From a virus (lineage: Duplodnaviria; Caudoviricetes), in the IMG/VR virus record IMGVR_UViG_3300032030_000028, positions 46,372 through 110,371 of that record: a stretch of DNA of 64,000 bases; one strand, given 5' to 3'. How positions within the stretch are numbered: position 1 is the first letter of the stretch; each line of letters starts with the position of its first letter. Positions 20,656 through 29,221 of this stretch are shown one piece after another. Made by a program: the position numbers and the translations under genes. The notes under the pieces were generated by a model, which was not told where the DNA came from, searched no databases, and saw only the letters and a program-made list of their open reading frames with translations.

Positions 20656-20860
20656 TGTTTCTGTAATAAGTTATTTTTTCCCCGTTTCTGATCCGGATAA
20701 ACACATGAGCTAAAATATATCCTATAGCAAATCCACCAAAGATGGCTGCTATCATAGATACGGTAGTATTAGGGAATATTTTAGAACAGAAAAATCCCCA
20801 AGTACCACCAATTACAATCAAAATCATGATTTCAATAAAGTTTCTGACAGATTCTTTCAT
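20633..20860 (-). CDS. Small two-TM membrane protein
   Basis: Two hydrophobic segments. Confidence 0.5.
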   Translation of the reverse strand: MKESVRNFIEIMILIVIGGTWGFFCSKIFPNTTVSMIAAIFGGFAIGYILAHVFIRIRNGEKITYYRNNDKRRYH

Positions 20861-20880
20861 ATGCTTTTTAATTTAAGGGT

Positions 20881-21126
20881 TTATACTAAATTTAATCTTA
20901 TACCTATATATACTCTAATTCCATCAAAGTTTGCACGAATATCATAATCGCTGCTTGCTGGGATACACCCTATACAATTAAGAAATTCTTGAAGGACATC
21001 CTCAGGATAATTAGTCAGAGGAATTAAATCAGCCGCGCTAATATTATCCCTACCTTTTTCCGCAAGGTTAGCAAAAGCATCTATAAGGATATCTACATCC
21101 TTGAGTGTATATTTTGGATTAGGCAT
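20881..21126 (-). CDS. Hypothetical protein
   Basis: Likely start MPNPKY at 21126, overlapping the upstream stop. Confidence 0.5.
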   Translation of the reverse strand: MPNPKYTLKDVDILIDAFANLAEKGRDNISAADLIPLTNYPEDVLQEFLNCIGCIPASSDYDIRANFDGIRVYIGIRLNLV

Positions 21127-21400
21127 TGGAAAGGTCCCTCCCACAGACCGGACAATATTTAATAGGAATATACATATGGTGGACTTTCCGGCGATCATCT
21201 GCTATATAGATCTCAATAGTTGAAGTAAGTCCATCTTCTTCATGTTTATGTCTTGAGATTGGAGTTGGAGGAATGATGCTAGCCATAGTCTCAACATCCT
21301 CTCCGGAAAAATCTTGACTGGAATAATTAGTTTTGAGTAACTCTCTATATTTATGAGCACTCATCTTATCTCCCGTTAGAGCTTCACAATATTTACACAT
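21119..21400 (-). CDS. Small zinc-ribbon protein
   Basis: MCKYC ... YCPVCGR. Confidence 0.65.
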   Translation of the reverse strand: MCKYCEALTGDKMSAHKYRELLKTNYSSQDFSGEDVETMASIIPPTPISRHKHEEDGLTSTIEIYIADDRRKVHHMYIPIKYCPVCGRDLSNA

Positions 21401-21800
21401 ATCTTATATTTATACTGTTAGACAAATACGTTTCAAAAAACTTTAGTTTTTCTTGTGCTATCTCTTCGGTTTCACAGTTGATAGTTAATTTATCACCATC
21501 CAGAAAATGCACTACCACTTTAGCATCCTCCCAGATATACCCTTCTTCATCAAACCGGCGCTCCTCAATGTCTCTGTACTTTATAGCTTCTTCTTTCGTA
21601 TATAATTCTTCCCGAAACATACTGCCGCAGTACCCATACATATCTTCTTCATAGACCTTTTTGGTAGTTTTTTCACCACCAAACCATGTGAGTTTTACAA
21701 TAGGTTCTCCTTTCTTATGAAGAAGCTGAAACGATTCCCATTTTTGCTTAGGAATATACCGCACATGACTTAATTTTTCGAATAAGATCTTTTCTCCCAT
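21393..21800 (-). CDS. Hypothetical protein
   Basis: ORF overlapping the next gene by 8 nt. Confidence 0.6.
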   Translation of the reverse strand: MGEKILFEKLSHVRYIPKQKWESFQLLHKKGEPIVKLTWFGGEKTTKKVYEEDMYGYCGSMFREELYTKEEAIKYRDIEERRFDEEGYIWEDAKVVVHFLDGDKLTINCETEEIAQEKLKFFETYLSNSINIRYV

Positions 21801-21844
21801 ATTTATATATCTTTATGATAATATATAAACGGATTCCGGGAAGG

Positions 21845-22027
21845 TTAAGATATTTTTTCGGAGTTCTGTTGGCACCATATTGCATGGAGTTTCCCGTTAA
21901 GTTCTTTACATTCGGACTTATAATGCCGATATTTATTCCTATACACTCTATAAAGGTTATAGAAATACCAACAAAGAACCAATAAGATTGTGGATACAAA
22001 AATTAGAATTATGGATAATAATGTCAT
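21845..22027 (-). CDS. Small membrane-anchored protein
   Basis: N-terminal TM segment. Confidence 0.45.
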   Translation of the reverse strand: MTLLSIILIFVSTILLVLCWYFYNLYRVYRNKYRHYKSECKELNGKLHAIWCQQNSEKIS

Positions 22028-22069
22028 AAATTTATATTTTTAATCGAAAATTTTCACAAATATTACATT

Positions 22070-23398
22070 TCAAAAATCAAAAATGTCTCGAAATTTTTCA
22101 TCCGGATCGTTCCTCCACATATCCGCTGTGATCATTGTGTGATTGTTGCCAAGACCTTCGTTATAAATTCCATTCGGATAGAATTTTTCGGTGTACTCAG
22201 CAAGTCGTTCTCTCTGTTTCTGAGTGAACGGAAGATCCCTCATTGCTGATCCCATGCTGACCAGATTGTAACCGGAATACCGGACTTTTCCGTCATGGAA
22301 CCGCACCCAGCCCATCTTGTCAAGGTGCCAGTCTCTGTTGAAACTGTCATGAGGAAGTTCTTTCATAATCGACCAGTTCTCGAACACAGCATCAGCGATG
22401 TCGATGTGAGCAAGACGAGACTCTTCCCCGTCCATAGCCAACACATTGCCGTCTCTGTCAATGAATCCGGCTGTCCAGTTGTGGTCAAATTGCACAGGCT
22501 CGGAGATGTCTCTTCTCTCAGGCTCTTTTCTTGCGGCAACGAATCTGTCCAGCTCATCAAAAACGGTTGCTCCTGCGATGTTGTCGCACTGTCTAGACAC
22601 AGCATAGTCAGATGCATGTTCTTCTAGATATTGGTGAGTAACATTCCATTCCCTCAGTCCATCTTCATCTAACTCTTTCATCACGCTGAGCAGTTTTGCA
22701 AGATCGGCAACGATTTCCATGTAGTGTGAGAAGCCATCGCACTCTCCGGAGCATGCAAGATTCTCCATCAGCCATTCGCGGAGACGGATCAGTTTCAGTC
22801 CCTCATTCACGAATTTTCTGACTCCTTCCAAGTCATTAAAGATGTCACTGATTTTTTGCGAGAAACATCTAGTCAACTCACCAGACTCTATGATTTGCTG
22901 CATCTGGTAGTCGTTGGTCATCCAGATTCTAGCAATATCCATCGGAGTGAATCGTGCGCCGACCGACCAGTGCCAACCTTTCGGAAGATCGAAGATCGCT
23001 TCAGCGTGGTCGATGTCCAGGTCATATAGAAGACAATTGCTGAAGAACTGGTACAAATGCTTAGTGAGATATTCTCCCTGCTCGATAAGATCAAATCCCT
23101 CTTTGTGGACAGTGTGATGAAGAAAAAGAGGATCGAATTTGTGGTACATTTCGTAGTCTCCTTCGGGTAGCTCGTCTTTAGAGCAGATGCCCATCGTTCC
23201 TCCGTCTATTACATAAAGGAACAGCTGAGACCGCAGGATTGCTCTCACATACTGCTCGGGACAGCCGGACAACACCAGAGCATCCCAAGCCTTCTGTGGC
23301 TCCATTTCGTAGAACAGATGCTCATGCGCGATATTTTGGAGCATGATGCCGGCGTTAGCGCCGAGCGAGAAGTGGAGGGTGTGTTTTTCTTTTTCCAT
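22070..23398 (-). CDS. Hypothetical protein, visibly higher GC than its neighbours
   Basis: 442-aa ORF. Confidence 0.7.
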   Translation of the reverse strand: MEKEKHTLHFSLGANAGIMLQNIAHEHLFYEMEPQKAWDALVLSGCPEQYVRAILRSQLFLYVIDGGTMGICSKDELPEGDYEMYHKFDPLFLHHTVHKEGFDLIEQGEYLTKHLYQFFSNCLLYDLDIDHAEAIFDLPKGWHWSVGARFTPMDIARIWMTNDYQMQQIIESGELTRCFSQKISDIFNDLEGVRKFVNEGLKLIRLREWLMENLACSGECDGFSHYMEIVADLAKLLSVMKELDEDGLREWNVTHQYLEEHASDYAVSRQCDNIAGATVFDELDRFVAARKEPERRDISEPVQFDHNWTAGFIDRDGNVLAMDGEESRLAHIDIADAVFENWSIMKELPHDSFNRDWHLDKMGWVRFHDGKVRYSGYNLVSMGSAMRDLPFTQKQRERLAEYTEKFYPNGIYNEGLGNNHTMITADMWRNDPDEKFRDIFDF

Positions 23399-23448
23399 AT
23401 TTATATCATTTACGATATTATATAATCTTTTTCTGAAACAATTAAGAC

Positions 23449-23475
23449 AAAAAAAAAAGACCCTTTATGGGTCTT
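23449..23475 (-). terminator. Terminator
   Basis: AAGACCC-N5-GGGTCTT with a T10 run on the minus strand. Confidence 0.75.
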
Positions 23476-24133
23476 ATATATTAAAACTATCGTCTTCAAA
23501 CCAATCCCGATCAGGTTGTTCCGCCTCGCTACCGGAATCTGTATTAGGTAATCCAAAATATTCGTCAAATGCTCGAGAAAATGAATCATATAATTTTCGT
23601 TGAATGTCTTCTTCTCGGATATTTTTACAAAAATAATTTTTAATATCCTCCAAATTCACACCCATAACTTGAGATGAAGTTTTAAGTTTCTCCGCATATT
23701 CCGGACATATATTTATCTTAACTTCAAAACTCACTTCGGGATATCCAAGATTTTCCGTCATTCTCTTTATTATGATATCATTAGTGGACTCTGTTGGCTG
23801 AGATAATGGTGTGTATGATTCCGTGGCTGGATTTTGATCTGGTTTGTTCTCGGATACAGGTGTAAATACATCTCCTAATTCTTCTTCGGAGATTCCTTGC
23901 ATAAGCAACGATTTATTCAACTTTACAACCGGCGGGGTTTTAGGGGTACTGATAGGTGTTTCCGATTGAATATAATCTCGAAGAATGTCGCCATTGATCA
24001 TTCGCCCATCATAAGTTTGGATAGACATGCCGGTTCCGTCAAAGAACACACTGCGTACTTTAAAATGGTCCGAGCCGTCTTGTTTCCACCAAGTGGTGTT
24101 TTCTATATCAAAATTCATTCCCTGATTATACAT
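23474..24133 (-). CDS. Hypothetical protein
   Basis: 219-aa ORF coupled to the upstream gene. Confidence 0.65.
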   Translation of the reverse strand: MYNQGMNFDIENTTWWKQDGSDHFKVRSVFFDGTGMSIQTYDGRMINGDILRDYIQSETPISTPKTPPVVKLNKSLLMQGISEEELGDVFTPVSENKPDQNPATESYTPLSQPTESTNDIIIKRMTENLGYPEVSFEVKINICPEYAEKLKTSSQVMGVNLEDIKNYFCKNIREEDIQRKLYDSFSRAFDEYFGLPNTDSGSEAEQPDRDWFEDDSFNI

Positions 24134-24708
24134 TAATCAAAATTTTGTATAAATATATCCAAAAGATCGGGATGTTTAACCAAGCCATATAATATGGCGG
24201 CCACACGCTTAGGCTCTTCGTTGAAGAAATAAATGTGTTTTTTGTCATACACCCTATCTATGAATCCTTGTATATTGAAACTTTCATTATCTTCTTGTAT
24301 ATTAAAATCGTGCATATATCCATTTTCGATCATATAATTAAACCGGAAATCTGAAGTATTATCTAGCCATATTATAGTAACATCCATTTTATCCCAGACC
24401 GATTGAGGTATTTTCACTATATGATCTATGCCCATATAGATTACATCGTTCTGATCATATTCATAAAAAGAGAGTCCTTCCAGAAATTTTTCTTTCTGGA
24501 AGCACTCTTGCATAAATATATATGAATTTGATTCTTCGATGTTTTCGATATCTGAATAATCATATATTAATTTAGACAGAGTATAAGAGCGGGGATCAAT
24601 TTCGGATATATTCCGAAAGATATGTCCTACGGATATTCCCATTTTTTCGGAAAGTTCAACTATTTCCTTGACTCCACAACCCTGTCGTCCGACGATTAGG
24701 TATTTCAT
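24133..24708 (-). CDS. Degenerate P-loop (guanylate-kinase-like) protein
   Basis: MKYLIVGRQGCGV; Walker A lacks the canonical GK[ST]. Confidence 0.4.
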   Translation of the reverse strand: MKYLIVGRQGCGVKEIVELSEKMGISVGHIFRNISEIDPRSYTLSKLIYDYSDIENIEESNSYIFMQECFQKEKFLEGLSFYEYDQNDVIYMGIDHIVKIPQSVWDKMDVTIIWLDNTSDFRFNYMIENGYMHDFNIQEDNESFNIQGFIDRVYDKKHIYFFNEEPKRVAAILYGLVKHPDLLDIFIQNFD

Positions 24709-25016
24709 AATCTTGGTGTTTTATTAAAATTCGGCATACGGGGCACACTTGGCATCCTAGGCACTGATTTCTGCGCTTGGCGTTGATAAGTATTCGGATT
24801 ATACCGATTAGAAGATTTTCCTTTCTCGGCTTCTTCTTGTCTTTTATTTTCCTCCTCTATGATATTCTGCATAGCTTTCATATACTCCTCATATTCCCAA
24901 TAAGGCATTCTATCGACTTCGGACGGCTGTGTGCGGCACGAATATGCTAGACGTGCTTTATTTTGAACCAAATTTGCTATGTTTACCTTGAATAGAGAAT
25001 AAATACTTAATGCCAT
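24705..25016 (-). CDS. Small tail/baseplate assembly protein overlapping the gp26-like gene
   Basis: PSEVDRMPYWEYEEY resembles the small ORFs that follow gp26/tail-chaperone genes. Confidence 0.5.
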   Translation of the reverse strand: MALSIYSLFKVNIANLVQNKARLAYSCRTQPSEVDRMPYWEYEEYMKAMQNIIEEENKRQEEAEKGKSSNRYNPNTYQRQAQKSVPRMPSVPRMPNFNKTPRL

Positions 25017-26004
25017 TGGGAAACCGTACTGTGCTGCGCACCTCCTCACCGCAGTTAGGACACTTCATAGTCAATTTTTCGGATGGATTGATAAGAATGT
25101 TCCGGCGGACTTCATCTAAGAATAAGAACATATCTTGATTCCAAGATTTATATTCTCTTTGACAATCTTTAATCATCCTATCCAGCAGAGTAGGATCTTT
25201 AGGAGCTTTTTCTAACATGAACGGTAAGAATTTGATAAACGTCTCATCTATATTCTTTCCGGTTTCCGATTGTGCATATAGCCATTGAATGATAGCATTG
25301 TCTTTTTGCAATGTCGGAATATAGAATTTAATAGTTTTACCCGGTAAATTATAATCATTAGGGTCGATAATCCATGTTCTGGATTCAGAATCCAGATGTT
25401 TTTCAATAACCTCTTCATCAGGGAGATCATAATAAAGATCATCGGCGCGGAGCACGAAATGCAGGTTCTCGCCACAGTTATCACATTCTTCATCAAACTC
25501 TAGTGCTTGTTCTCCTTTCTGGAACGTATATTCGCGGACTTTGAGAATAAACCAGAATCTATCCCAAGAGTTGATCTTATCCCACCCTAACTTGCCGGTT
25601 GGTGTGGAGATAGATACACAAGATTTGATGATTTCATTCATTACATTGTTAACTACAGCAATGTTTTCTTCATCAATACTAGACCAGTTCTTGATAGCAT
25701 CTACGGTGGCCGGTTTCACTCTGAACTGCCAATCCGCCGGATAGAATCGGGAACGCTCTCCCATTGAAGCTCTGTCAATAGGAATCCAGCCTCCGGTAAT
25801 ATCATAATAGTTATAATCGTCTAGAGACGGCCTTTCTTTGTGTGTGGCTTTGTTGAAGGCTTCAAATGCGGCTTGTTCATCAGTTGAAAGAGTATCTTGC
25901 TGGCCCGGGATATGTTTCATCTTACCCAGATCATGCATTTCTTCTTGAGGTTCTCCTCCGATATTGCCGATTTCGTTTTCTAAAATTTTATTTACATCAG
26001 CCAT
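24958..26004 (-). CDS. T4 gp26-like baseplate hub assembly protein
   Basis: DRFWFILKVREYT, CDNCG and CPNCG zinc motifs. Confidence 0.6.
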   Translation of the reverse strand: MADVNKILENEIGNIGGEPQEEMHDLGKMKHIPGQQDTLSTDEQAAFEAFNKATHKERPSLDDYNYYDITGGWIPIDRASMGERSRFYPADWQFRVKPATVDAIKNWSSIDEENIAVVNNVMNEIIKSCVSISTPTGKLGWDKINSWDRFWFILKVREYTFQKGEQALEFDEECDNCGENLHFVLRADDLYYDLPDEEVIEKHLDSESRTWIIDPNDYNLPGKTIKFYIPTLQKDNAIIQWLYAQSETGKNIDETFIKFLPFMLEKAPKDPTLLDRMIKDCQREYKSWNQDMFLFLDEVRRNILINPSEKLTMKCPNCGEEVRSTVRFPNGIKYLFSIQGKHSKFGSK

Positions 26005-26068
26005 ATTATGCTATTTAATTTATTGTAAAGTAATAATGATATAAAATTCATTTTTAAGTTTTAAGGAT

Positions 26069-26093
26069 AAAAAAAGACCCGAAAAGGTCTTTT
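26069..26093. terminator. Terminator downstream of the minus-strand array
   Basis: AAAAGACC-CGAAAA-GGTCTTTT. Confidence 0.7.
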
Positions 26094-26457
26094 ATTTATC
26101 AATAAAGATAACTCGCCACCCCTGTATGTGAGTTATTGGTTGCCTTATGATTTTATATTTTTCATTTTCAAGTTGCGGAATAGCTTCTTCCTCAAAAGCA
26201 AATGTGTCTATAGGAACAGGTATTGTTTGTTTATAATATGAGCCATTAAATCCAAGATCTTTAATTTCGACATAACTTGGATTTGCATTTTTAGAGATTC
26301 TATACTCACCTTCATTATTTTGTACAATATATCTGCCGGAAAGCAACATAGCTATAATATCTTCAGGGTCGGTATACATAGATTTATTCATATCCCAGGT
26401 TAATCTATGACCGTGGGATCCTTTTCTTCCTATTATAGATTCGCTAATTGATTTCAT
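26092..26457 (-). CDS. SIIGR-leader small protein
   Basis: MKSISESIIGRKG. Confidence 0.75.
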   Translation of the reverse strand: MKSISESIIGRKGSHGHRLTWDMNKSMYTDPEDIIAMLLSGRYIVQNNEGEYRISKNANPSYVEIKDLGFNGSYYKQTIPVPIDTFAFEEEAIPQLENEKYKIIRQPITHIQGWRVIFIDK

Positions 26458-26496
26458 AATTTGTGTTTATTTATATTTTTACGCCGAGCTTTGTTT

Positions 26497-26916
26497 TTAT
26501 ATAATTTTGAATATTCTCAAATATCTTGTGACAATATCAGGAAATTCTATTTCATCTAAAAATTCAATACAATGTCGGAAATCCGATATATAATTACTGA
26601 TATTGGACATTATAATATCATATGCTTCTTGAGGATGTTTTATACTTATATCATTTTCAATTATAAACCAGAATATTTCACCGTGTCGTTGCAACTGATC
26701 CTTTCTAAAACAGGGACACCATTCTACACCGGGAGCCCAAAAAAATACGTGTTTATCATCATCCATAATACACCAATGGTTTGAAGACTCTTCAATATCT
26801 ATTGAATATGCTGTCCGATTAATAAACTTCCATTTGATCTCCCCAGGAATATTCCGGAATTTAACGGATACGGTATTCTCTTTCCTTCCTATTATAGATT
26901 CACTGATTGATTTCAT
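26497..26916 (-). CDS. SIIGR-leader small protein
   Basis: MKSISESIIGRKE. Confidence 0.75.
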   Translation of the reverse strand: MKSISESIIGRKENTVSVKFRNIPGEIKWKFINRTAYSIDIEESSNHWCIMDDDKHVFFWAPGVEWCPCFRKDQLQRHGEIFWFIIENDISIKHPQEAYDIIMSNISNYISDFRHCIEFLDEIEFPDIVTRYLRIFKII

Positions 26917-26919
26917 ATT

Positions 26920-27336
26920 TTAAAATTGTATTTTACCCGAAAATAACCGAAAAAACCTATCCGGATGATGACCAAAATATGATCTAGTATATACCTGTTC
27001 TTGCAACCATTTCGTAGCGTCTTGGATGTCGCTAATATCTTTATCTTTGAATAAAAAAATATCACAATATAACATAACCCGAGTATGAATACTTTGAAGA
27101 TTTTGAAAAGTTCCTACGAATATATTCTCGGCTCCGTCAATATCCCCATCCAGAATAATATTTTCAATATTTTTATTGTGTTGTATTGAACTCCGTATCT
27201 CATCAACTCCGTCTTCGGTTTCGGGAATTATAATGAGTATATCCGATTTGTTTATTTGTCTCATTTGTCTCAATATCCTGGTTAAATAATTAGAACTACC
27301 CCTTCGTCCTATTATAGATTCTCTGATTGATTTCAT
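26920..27336 (-). CDS. SIIGR-leader small protein
   Basis: MKSIRESIIGRRG. Confidence 0.75.
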   Translation of the reverse strand: MKSIRESIIGRRGSSNYLTRILRQMRQINKSDILIIIPETEDGVDEIRSSIQHNKNIENIILDGDIDGAENIFVGTFQNLQSIHTRVMLYCDIFLFKDKDISDIQDATKWLQEQVYTRSYFGHHPDRFFRLFSGKIQF

Positions 27337-27746
27337 AAACTTTTAATATATTTTGAAATATCTGTAACTGTTACAATATTTGATTGATAAATATCATCCA
27401 CGGACTTCATCGATTGTATCCAATCTTTTAATTGGTTGATGTTTTTAAAATGCAATTTGTTTACAACACACAATTTACTATCCGGGTCCGGAAATTCTTT
27501 ACCCCGGTATTTGGGGTAGCCGGATTTAAAATATTTTTTTAATAATCGTATGTCGTCTGTACAAAATACATAATTATTATATCGATATCCATTATTATAT
27601 CGATATCCATGTTCGACCGCAATTTTACATTCCGTTGGAAATATTTCATTAGCTAAAACGTAATCGAATTTTATTGGATACAATATCCATATTTCCGAAG
27701 ACGGTACACCTTTTCTTCCTATTATAGATTCGCTAATTGATTTCAT
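27333..27746 (-). CDS. SIIGR-leader small protein
   Basis: MKSISESIIGRKG. Confidence 0.75.
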   Translation of the reverse strand: MKSISESIIGRKGVPSSEIWILYPIKFDYVLANEIFPTECKIAVEHGYRYNNGYRYNNYVFCTDDIRLLKKYFKSGYPKYRGKEFPDPDSKLCVVNKLHFKNINQLKDWIQSMKSVDDIYQSNIVTVTDISKYIKSL

Positions 27747-27750
27747 GATT

Positions 27751-28170
27751 TTAAAATTGTCTGATTCTTAAATTATACTCTTTAAAGATATTATATAAAT
27801 CTTCTACGGTTTTCACTGATTCTAATTTTCGTGAAGAGAATTTGTATTTAGAATCTACAACTCGCATCGTTTGAGTAATTCTCGGAAAGTTGTTAAGTAT
27901 TTCTTCAACCAATCGAATATATTCAAATTTAAGAGGTTCATCTAAATATTTTAAAACACTTACCAACACATAATCAGATTTATCAAACCAATTTTGAGTT
28001 CTAGCTTTACGAATATGACAATGGTTTTTATCCATTACAATAAAATCTACAAATTCATCATCTCCATAACAAATAGTAATAAGGGATCCTGGTATATGTG
28101 CAAAAAAACGCGGATCATGCGGATCAATAGATAATCTTCGCCCTATTATAGATTCACTGATTGATTTCAT
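27751..28170 (-). CDS. SIIGR-leader small protein
   Basis: MKSISESIIGRRL. Confidence 0.75.
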   Translation of the reverse strand: MKSISESIIGRRLSIDPHDPRFFAHIPGSLITICYGDDEFVDFIVMDKNHCHIRKARTQNWFDKSDYVLVSVLKYLDEPLKFEYIRLVEEILNNFPRITQTMRVVDSKYKFSSRKLESVKTVEDLYNIFKEYNLRIRQF

Positions 28171-28178
28171 ATATTAAT

Positions 28179-29219
28179 TTATTTTGATTTCCAATAGCTA
28201 TAAATGCCTTTCTCTAATTCAAAAGTATTCCAGTGATACCATTCTCCTATAGGATTCTTCTCTTGAACCCATCTCCACATATTTTCAATACCATCATAGA
28301 CGGAGACACTATCTTTATAATCTAATAATCTAATGGATTTATATGGATCCACATCGCAGAACTTGATTTCATTTCGCGGTTCTAAATATACTTTTTCCGC
28401 AGTTCCAGTTACTTCTAGAACCATATCCGCCAGATCGTTGATAGAATATTTTTGAATGCCACCCAAGTTGATAATCTGATTATCCGTATTCTTGTCTTCC
28501 ATACATCTATAAAGAGGTTCTAAAATATTAGTGACTTCCGTGAAGCATCTGGTTTGCTCACCATCGCCATAAATGGTAATAGGGTCTCCATCCTTAATAT
28601 GGTGCATCCAGATCCCCAAAACATTCCGATACGTATCATTCATGTTCTGATTTCTTCCGAAGACATTATGAGGGCGGATGATAGTCCATTTCAATCCGAA
28701 GTACTCTCCGGAGACTTCAATATCTTTTTCACACGCTGCCTTAGAGATAGCATATGGATCTTTCGGAGAAGGTCTTTGAAATTCCATATACGGGGGAGTA
28801 CAATCACCATATACGGACATGGAAGAAGTATATATAAGTTTTTCCACCCCATATTTAACACAAGCATTGAATATATTGGAGGTGGCGACTATATTGTTCT
28901 TGTAGTTAAAGGAACGCATGAAATAAGATAAGATCTCGGCGGCATAAGCGGCAAAGTGATAAACATATTTTATGTTATATTGAGTAAAGATCTCATCCAG
29001 GACTGAAGGAGCGGAATCCGATGCTAGATCGAGTTTCCAATGCCGGATGTTCGGCACTCTGAAATGATTACCCCAGTCCGCTTCTAGATCTATACCTATA
29101 ATTTTCGGATAAAATCCGGATTCATCTAATTGAAGATTGTTACGATTTATGATGTGTTCTATAAATCTGGACCCTATGAGACCTGAGGATCCTGTTACTA
29201 ATATATATTCGTTATTCAT
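28179..29219 (-). CDS. NAD-dependent nucleotide-sugar epimerase/dehydratase (extended SDR)
   Basis: ILVTGSSGLIG, HFAA, SSMSVYG, YAISK, IYGDGEQTRCF. Confidence 0.9.
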   Translation of the reverse strand: MNNEYILVTGSSGLIGSRFIEHIINRNNLQLDESGFYPKIIGIDLEADWGNHFRVPNIRHWKLDLASDSAPSVLDEIFTQYNIKYVYHFAAYAAEILSYFMRSFNYKNNIVATSNIFNACVKYGVEKLIYTSSMSVYGDCTPPYMEFQRPSPKDPYAISKAACEKDIEVSGEYFGLKWTIIRPHNVFGRNQNMNDTYRNVLGIWMHHIKDGDPITIYGDGEQTRCFTEVTNILEPLYRCMEDKNTDNQIINLGGIQKYSINDLADMVLEVTGTAEKVYLEPRNEIKFCDVDPYKSIRLLDYKDSVSVYDGIENMWRWVQEKNPIGEWYHWNTFELEKGIYSYWKSK

Positions 29220-29221
29220 AA

